The translations under genes were made by a program, and so were the position numbers. A DNA stretch of 64,000 nucleotides from Gemmatimonas sp. (GTDB lineage: Bacteria > Gemmatimonadota > Gemmatimonadetes > Gemmatimonadales > Gemmatimonadaceae): the NCBI GenBank assembly GCA_965279375.1, contig OZ257156.1, positions 4,032,001 to 4,096,000 on the forward strand, read 5' to 3'. Positions 55,199 to 64,000 of the stretch are shown one piece after another (the first letter of the stretch is position 1; each line of letters opens with the position of its first letter). Below the pieces are notes generated by a model that was not told where the DNA came from, did not search any database, and saw only the letters and a list, made by a program, of their open reading frames with translations.

Positions 55199-58100
55199 TC
55201 ACGCGGTCACCGGTGTCACCGACGGCATGGCGCGCGGTGGCACGCCACGATGCGCATCGAGCAGCTGATGCCACTCCTGCAGCGGACGCACCTCGAGCTC
55301 GCGTGACTGCCGCGCCGCGATGGCTTCGCAAGCCGCGCTCGCCGCCGACAAGGTCGTGGTATAGGGCACGCGATTGGCGATGGCCGCCTGACGCAGCCGT
55401 TCGTCGTCCACCTGGGCGTGCTTGCCGAGCGGTGTGTTCACCAGCAGCTGCACTTCACCGTTCAGGATGAGATCGACGCCGTGCGGGCGACCTTCGTGCA
55501 CCTTGAGCACGGTTTCCACCGGCACGCCCTGCGTACGCAGAAACGCTGCGGTTCCGTTGGTGGAGAACAGCTTGAAACCCAGTTCGTGGAAGCGTATGGC
55601 CAACTTGCACGCAGCAGGCTTGTCGCCGTCGTTGACCGTCAGAAGCACGGCGCCGGTGCGCGGCAGCGCGTTGTCCGCCGCCAACTGCGACTTGAGGAAG
55701 GCCGCCCCGAAGCTGTCGTCGATGCCCATGACTTCACCGGTGGAGCGCATCTCCGGGCCGAGCACCGGATCGAACTCGCGGAACTTGTTGAACGGGAAGA
55801 CCGCTTCCTTCACGCTCACGTACGGCGGTACGATCTCCTCCGTGAAGCCGATCTGCGACAACGTCTCGCCCAGCATCAACCGCGCGGCGACGGAGGCAAG
55901 CGGCACACCGATCGCCTTGGAAACGAATGGCACGGTGCGCGACGCACGTGGGTTCACCTCGATCACGTACACCACGCCATCCTTGTAGGCGTACTGCACG
56001 TTGATCAGGCCAACCACCTTGAGCGCCTTGGCAAACGCCACGGTGTGCGCGCGCATCTGATCCGCGGCGTCCTGCGGGATGAGATACGGCGGCAGCACGC
56101 ACGCCGAGTCGCCGGAGTGAATGCCGGCACTCTCGATGTGCTCCATCACCGCACCAATCACCACATCCGTGCCGTCGCTCAACGCATCCACGTCCGCTTC
56201 GAACGCGTCTTCGAGGAACTTGTCCACGAGCACCGGACGGTCTTCGCTCACGCGCGCCGCGCGCTCGAAGTAGTCACGCAGCGACGTCGCATCGTGCACG
56301 ATCTCCATCGCGCGCCCGCCCAGCACATACGACGGACGAACGAGCACGGGATAACCGATCGCTTCCGCGATGGTCACCGCTTCGTCGACGCTCGTGGCGG
56401 TACCGTTGGCCGGCTGCATGATGCCGAGCTCGCGCGTGATCTTCTCGAAGCGGCGACGATCTTCCGCGATGTCGATCGACTCGGGTGATGTCCCCAGAAT
56501 GCGCACACCGGCGGCTTCGAGTCCCTTGGTGAGCTTGAGCGGCGTCTGGCCACCCAACTGCACGATCACGCCGACGGGCTTTTCACGCGCGACGATCTCC
56601 AGCACATCCTCGAGCGTGAGCGGCTCGAAGAACAGCTTGTCGGAGATGTCGAAGTCGGTGGAGACAGTCTCGGGGTTCGAGTTGACCATGATGGTCTCGT
56701 AGCCCTGATCGCGCAGCGCGAGCGCCGCCCGCACGCAGCAGTAGTCGAACTCCACGCCCTGCCCGATACGATTGGGACCCGAGCCCAGAATGACCACCTT
56801 CTCGCGACCCGATGTGAGCGCTTCGCTCTCCTCGTCGTAGCTGCCGTACAGATACGGCGTGCTGGAGGGAAACTCGCCAGCGCACGTATCGACCATTTTG
56901 TACGCCGGCCGCACGTCCAGTGCCCAGCGGTGCGCGCGCACCTCGGCCTCGGTCTGCCCGCGCAGCGCGCCAAGCTGGCGATCGGAGAAGCCCATGCGCT
57001 TCATGCGGCGCATCACGCCCGCGTCCACCGTGGCCTGCTCGCGATACCACGCTTCGGCATCGATCAACTCGCGCAGCTGTGCGAGGAACCACGGATCGAT
57101 CGACGTCACCTCATGCAACTCGGCGACGTCCATCCCCAGCAGCATCGCGTGCTTGAGCTGGAAGATGCGCTCGGGTGTCGGGCGACGCAGAGCGCCGCGC
57201 AGGGATTCGCGCGACACTTCGTCCAGCCGATCGTCGATCAGGCGATCGCTGACCGACCAACCCGGTCGACCATTCTCGAGCGCGCGCAGCGCCTTCTGGA
57301 ACGCCTCCTTGAACGTGCGCCCGATCGCCATCGACTCGCCGACGGACTTCATCTGCGTGGTCAGACCCGGGTCCGACGAGACGAACTTCTCGAACGCAAA
57401 ACGCGGGCACTTCACCACGACGTAGTCGAGCACTGGCTCGAAGCTCGCCGGCGTGGTCTTGGTGATGTCGTTCGGGACTTCATCGAGCGTGTAGCCCACC
57501 GCCAGCTTGGCGCCGATGCGCGCGATCGGAAAACCGGTCGCCTTGGAGGCCAGCGCGGACGACCGCGACACGCGCGGGTTCATCTCGATCACGATCAAAT
57601 CGCCATTCGCGGGATTGACCGCGAACTGGATGTTGCAGCCGCCGGCGTCGACGCCGATCTCGCGAATGATCGCCACGGCCGCATCGCGCATCGTCTGATA
57701 CTCGCGATCCGTCAGCGTCATCGCGGGCGCAACGGTGATCGAGTCACCGGTGTGCACGCCCATCGGATCGAGATTCTCGATGGAGCAGACGATCACGACG
57801 TTGTCGGCGTGATCGCGCATCACTTCGAGCTCGTACTCCTTCCAGCCGAGCAGAGAGCGCTCGATGAGCACCGAGTGCACCGGCGACAGATCGAGACCGC
57901 GCAGCACCATGCGCTCGAACTCTTCGCGATTGTACGCAATGCCGCCGCCGGTACCGCCCAGGGTGAACGACGGACGGATGATCGCCGGGAATCCGGTCTC
58001 TTCCACGCCCGCGATCGCTTCGTCGAGCGACGTGACCGTGCGACCAGCGGCACACGTCAGGCCGATCTTCTCCATCGCATCGGCGAACAGCTTGCGATCT

Positions 58101-58463
58101 TCCGCGACGCGAATCGCGCGCGCGTTCGCGCCGATCAATTCGCAGCCGTACTTCTCGAGGACGCCGCTGTCATAAAGCGCGAGCGCAACGTTGAGCGCCG
58201 TCTGTCCGCCCATCGTGGGCAGCACAGCATCCGGACGCTCGCGCGCGATCACCTTCTCGACGAACTCCGGCGTCACCGGCTCGATGTACGTCCGATCGGC
58301 AAACTCCGGATCGGTCATGATCGTGGCCGGATTCGAATTCACGAGGATGACCTCGTAGCCTTCTTCGCGCAGCGCCTTGGTGGCCTGCGTGCCGGAGTAA
58401 TCGAATTCGGCGGCCTGACCGATCACGATCGGCCCAGAGCCGATGACGAGGATGCGGTGCAGG

Positions 58464-58480
<17 letters not shown>
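55199..58480 (-). CDS. carB: Carbamoyl-phosphate synthase large subunit
   Basis: [53 protein letters not shown] domain. Confidence 0.98.
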
Positions 58481-60505
<2,025 letters not shown>

Positions 60506-60522
60506 TCAGATCCTGCGACGCC

Positions 60523-60744
60523 TCAGACTGCGGCGACCTGTCCGCGCGGTGCGCGAGGCACCTTGCCGGCGGCGAGGCAGCGCGTGCAGACCTTCACCTT
60601 GATGATCTGGTCGCCCTTGAGCGTCCGGACCACCTGCAGGTTGGGCTTCCACGTGCGGCGGCTCTTGTTGTTGGCGTGCGACACGTTGTTTCCGAACGCG
60701 ACGCCCTTGTCGCAGTGGTAGCAACGGCTCCGATTGATGGCCAT
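60523..60744 (-). CDS. rpmB: 50S ribosomal protein L28
   Basis: [30 protein letters not shown]. Confidence 0.96.
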   Translation of the reverse strand: MAINRSRCYHCDKGVAFGNNVSHANNKSRRTWKPNLQVVRTLKGDQIIKVKVCTRCLAAGKVPRAPRGQVAAV

Positions 60745-60757
60745 GTCCGTGCTCCCC

Positions 60758-61114
60758 TTAGCTCAGGATCAGTTCGATGCGCGCCATTTCCGCACCGTCA
60801 CCCTTGCGGTGGCCGGTCTTCAGAATGCGCGTGTATCCACCCGGGCGTGTAGCGAATGCGGGACCGAGCTCCTGGAAGAGCTTGTCCGCTGCCTCACGCT
60901 TCGAGACGTGCTTACCGGCCAGGCGACGCGCGTGGAGCGTGCCGCTGCGGGCCTTCGTGATGAGCTTCTCCACGAACGGACGCAGTTCCTTGGCCTTCGC
61001 CTCGGTCGTTTCGATCGCGCCAGACTCGATCAACGAGGTGGCGAGGTTGCGGAGCAGCGCGAGGCGCTGCTCACTGGTCCGCCGGAGTTGGCGGTTGGCC
61101 TTGCGATGGCGCAT
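60758..61114 (-). CDS. rplQ: 50S ribosomal protein L17
   Basis: [27 protein letters not shown]...RKGDGA. Confidence 0.98.
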   Translation of the reverse strand: MRHRKANRQLRRTSEQRLALLRNLATSLIESGAIETTEAKAKELRPFVEKLITKARSGTLHARRLAGKHVSKREAADKLFQELGPAFATRPGGYTRILKTGHRKGDGAEMARIELILS

Positions 61115-61119
61115 GGGAG

Positions 61120-62202
61120 TTAATCCTCGTCTTCGTCGTCGTCAGGCGCGTTCTCGGCGGCGCGGCTGGGCGCAGTGCCCATGTCGAGGATACGGACACC
61201 GTCCGTGTTCTCCTCGTAGCGCATACCGAAATTGAGCCCTTCCTTCTCGAGCAGTGCGGCGATTTCCTGCAGGGACTTCTTGCCGAAGTTCTTCACCTGA
61301 AGGATCTGCGCCTCGGTCTGGCGAACCAGATCACCGAGCGAGCGGATGTTGGAATTCTTGAGTGAGTTGACCGAGCGAACCGAGAGTTCGAGATCGTCGA
61401 TCGGGGTACGGAACAGCTCGGCCAGACGGAGCGCGTCGCTGTTTGCGCCATCGCCCCCCGTGCCAGGCTGGGCGGACGCGGACGAGCCGAAGCCCACGAA
61501 GTACTGGAAGTGGGTCTGCGCGAGCGCCGCGGCGTAGCTGACGGCTTCCTCGGGCGACATCGTGCCGTTGGTCTCGACCGTGAGCGACAGGCGATCGTAG
61601 TCGGTGCGCTGTCCGACGCGAGTTTCCGCGACGGTGAAGTTGGCGCGACGCACCGGGCTGTAGATCGCATCGATGCGCACGACATCGACCGAGAGGTTCT
61701 TGTCGGCCGGGTGTTCGTCACGCTCGACGTAACCGCGGCCCTTGTTCACGTACAGCTCGACGTTGAAGTCGCGGTCGTCCGTGACCGTGAACAAGTGATG
61801 CGTCGGATCGATCACGCGGGCACCGCCCACTGCGCCGACCTGAATGTCAGCCGCGGTGACTGCACCCGGACCGCTCTTGACCAGGCGAAGCACTGCCTGC
61901 TCGATGTCGTCCGGAAGCGCCAACGTCAGCGTCTTGAGGTTACCGATGATCTGGTGCACGTCCTCGACCACCCCAGGGATGGTCTGGTGTTCATGCACAA
62001 CGCCTTCGATGCGGAACGCCCACACGGCGGAGCCACGCAGCGACGACAGGAGCAGTCGACGCATCGCGTTGCCCAACGTGTGACCGAAACCGCGCTCGAG
62101 CGGCTGCAGCCGGAATTCGGCCAGATTCGGGGTGTCCTCGCGCTTCGTCGCTTCGACGAGCTGCGGGCGGACAAGCCCGCTGAGATCGATCGTATTTGCC
62201 AT
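61120..62202 (-). CDS. rpoA: RNA polymerase alpha subunit
   Basis: PLERGFGHTLGNAMRRLLLSS, IDAIYSPV, LELSVRS, NFGKKSL. Confidence 0.98.
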   Translation of the reverse strand: MANTIDLSGLVRPQLVEATKREDTPNLAEFRLQPLERGFGHTLGNAMRRLLLSSLRGSAVWAFRIEGVVHEHQTIPGVVEDVHQIIGNLKTLTLALPDDIEQAVLRLVKSGPGAVTAADIQVGAVGGARVIDPTHHLFTVTDDRDFNVELYVNKGRGYVERDEHPADKNLSVDVVRIDAIYSPVRRANFTVAETRVGQRTDYDRLSLTVETNGTMSPEEAVSYAAALAQTHFQYFVGFGSSASAQPGTGGDGANSDALRLAELFRTPIDDLELSVRSVNSLKNSNIRSLGDLVRQTEAQILQVKNFGKKSLQEIAALLEKEGLNFGMRYEENTDGVRILDMGTAPSRAAENAPDDDEDED

Positions 62203-62358
62203 GGAGTACTGGATATCCTGTGATGGTCACACCGGGGAAATGCGGCCCCGGCGACGCTCTGCCCCGCCCCGAACGCGCGGCAGATCCGTATGGGAGTTCG
62301 GGTCCCGACCGTGTGAAGTCCGCGACCGGTTGGCCGCCGACTCCACACTGGATGGTGC

Positions 62359-62994
62359 TTACTTCGAGTACAGTTCGACGACGAGCTGTTCCTGCGCCGC
62401 GAGCGGAATCGCCGTACGTGCCGGCTTCTCCAACACGCGACCGCTGAACGACTCCTTGTCCACCGCGATCCACGACAGCGAGGTGCCACGGCCGCTCTGC
62501 TCGAGCGCCGCCTGCACCAGCACCAGTTCGCGCGACGACTGCTTCACGCGCACTTCTTCGCCCGGGCGAACCTGGTACGAAGGCACGTCGAGGATGCGCT
62601 GCTTGACCTCGATGTGACGGTGACGGATGAGCTGACGCGCCGCCTTGCGGCTCGGCGCGAAACCCATGCGGTAGATCACGTTGTCCAGGCGGGTTTCCAG
62701 CGCGGCCAACAGGTTGTGACCCGTGATGCCCTGCTGCGAAGACACGCGCTCGAACGTGTTGCGGAACTGCTTCTCGGAGATGCCATACATGCGCTTGATC
62801 TTCTGCTTCTCGCGCAGCTGCTTGGCGTACTCGGAGAGCTTCTTGCGACGCGCCGTCGCCTGGCCGTGCTGGCCGGGCGCGTACGGACGACGTTCCACCG
62901 GGCACTTCTCGGTGAAGCACTTGGTGCCCTTGAGGAACAGCTTCTGTCCTTCGCGGCGGCACTGACGGCAGCTCGGACCTGTGTAACGAGCCAT
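62359..62994 (-). CDS. rpsD: 30S ribosomal protein S4
   Basis: MARYTGPSCRQCRREG, QLREKQK, LETRLDN, VELYSK. Confidence 0.98.
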   Translation of the reverse strand: MARYTGPSCRQCRREGQKLFLKGTKCFTEKCPVERRPYAPGQHGQATARRKKLSEYAKQLREKQKIKRMYGISEKQFRNTFERVSSQQGITGHNLLAALETRLDNVIYRMGFAPSRKAARQLIRHRHIEVKQRILDVPSYQVRPGEEVRVKQSSRELVLVQAALEQSGRGTSLSWIAVDKESFSGRVLEKPARTAIPLAAQEQLVVELYSK

Positions 62995-62996
62995 GG

Positions 62997-63374
62997 TCAG
63001 ACCCTCCGACGCTTAGGGGGACGGCAGCCGTTGTGCGGGATCGGGGTCACGTCGCGAATGGACTTGACCTGGAGACCGGCCGCCGCGAGCGCCTGAATGG
63101 CGGACTCACGACCCGAGCCGGGACCCTGCACGCGCACGTGCACGCGGCGCACACCGGCCGTGAGCGCTTCGCGCGCGCACTGCTCGGAGGCCACCGTGGC
63201 GGCGAACGGCGTGGACTTCTTCGATCCCTTGAACCCAGCCTTGCCGGCCGAGCCCCATGACACGGCATTGCCATGCATGTCGGTGATCGTGATGGTGGTG
63301 TTGTTGAACGTGGCGCTGACGTGGGCGATGCCTTCGGCCTCGACGACGCGCTTGGTCTTCTTTGCGGTAGCCAT
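62997..63374 (-). CDS. rpsK: 30S ribosomal protein S11
   Basis: [35 protein letters not shown]. Confidence 0.98.
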   Translation of the reverse strand: MATAKKTKRVVEAEGIAHVSATFNNTTITITDMHGNAVSWGSAGKAGFKGSKKSTPFAATVASEQCAREALTAGVRRVHVRVQGPGSGRESAIQALAAAGLQVKSIRDVTPIPHNGCRPPKRRRV

Positions 63375-63377
63375 GGT

Positions 63378-63755
63378 TTACTTGGTCACCTTCTTCTTGC
63401 CCGCGATAGCGCGGCGCGGCCCCTTCTTGGTGCGCGCGTTCGTGTGCGTGCGCTGACCACGCGTGGGCAAGCCACGACGGTGACGCGTGCCACGGTACGA
63501 GCCGATGTCCATCAGGCGCTTGATGTTCATCGCGACTTCGGTGCGCAGTGCACCTTCGACGCGATGATTGCGCTCGATTTCCTGACGGAGCTTGTTGACG
63601 TCCGCGTCGTTCAGATCGCGAACGCGCTGCGCCGGGCTGACGCCAGCGGCAGCAAGAATCCGCTGCGCCATCGCGCGGCCGATTCCAAAGATGTACGTGA
63701 GTCCGATCTCAACCTTTTTGTCGCGCGGGAGATCGACGCCTGCGATACGTGCCAT
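63378..63755 (-). CDS. rpsM: 30S ribosomal protein S13
   Basis: [32 protein letters not shown]. Confidence 0.98.
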   Translation of the reverse strand: MARIAGVDLPRDKKVEIGLTYIFGIGRAMAQRILAAAGVSPAQRVRDLNDADVNKLRQEIERNHRVEGALRTEVAMNIKRLMDIGSYRGTRHRRGLPTRGQRTHTNARTKKGPRRAIAGKKKVTK

Positions 63756-63770
63756 ATGTGAGCGCTCCCC

Positions 63771-63887
63771 TTAGCCCTGACGCTGCTTGTGCTTGGGGTT
63801 GCGCTTGCAGATGATGCGAGTCACGCCCTGTCGCTTGACGACCTTGCAGTGCTCACAAATCGGCTTAACGCTGCTACGAACTTTCAC
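63771..63887 (-). CDS. rpmJ: 50S ribosomal protein L36
   Basis: Below ORF-track length cutoff; manual translation [38 protein letters not shown]. Confidence 0.97.
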   Translation of the reverse strand: MKVRSSVKPICEHCKVVKRQGVTRIICKRNPKHKQRQG

Positions 63888-64000
63888 GGGATACCTCGGC
63901 GCATAAGCGCCGACGGAGCCTCCCGCACCAACTCGCGTTGGCCGGCTGGACTCCCCATGTGTTCATCACGCGTGATGCATCGCGAAGCCATGCGATGAAA

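Overview
High-GC, gene-dense core-genome window of a diderm bacterium. Gene order and protein styles (FCB-type SecA insertions, LptD-like protein) suggest Gemmatimonadota; this is inference, not a database result. About 54 CDSs, all but two (a PpiD/SurA-like PPIase and an MCP) on the minus strand. In transcription order from the right end: alpha r-protein operon with rpmB appended (rpmJ-rpsM-rpsK-rpsD-rpoA-rplQ-rpmB); gmd-rmd-carB-wbpD/B/E/A-like nucleotide-sugar genes; bamD-nadD-secA; radC-relA/spoT; MCP (+); uvrB-tsaE-[HD-GYP]-tsaB-rimI-ssb; LysM/TsaP-like; epimerase-tolQRAB-pal-cpoB-tatC-lptD; hutH-hutU-[radical SAM]-hutI; SgmX-like TPR protein-polyprenyl synthase-DUF4321-tatA; ppiD (+); TPR protein-aroQ-M24 peptidase-accB-[pilT/U]-accC-comB-ftsK (partial). 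I saw no tRNA, rRNA, CRISPR array, IS or prophage. Best leads: (1) an uncharacterised SPASM/Twitch-type radical SAM gene translationally coupled inside the hut operon; (2) two large cytoplasmic TPR proteins whose acidic linkers are strongly enriched in Thr-Pro, including a (Y/F)-x-(T/S)-P-A x7 array, near pilus-related genes; (3) a repeated hairpin motif in two spacers of the alpha operon; (4) carB embedded in a nucleotide-sugar cluster. Several start codons were moved from the ORF track by eye and are approximate.
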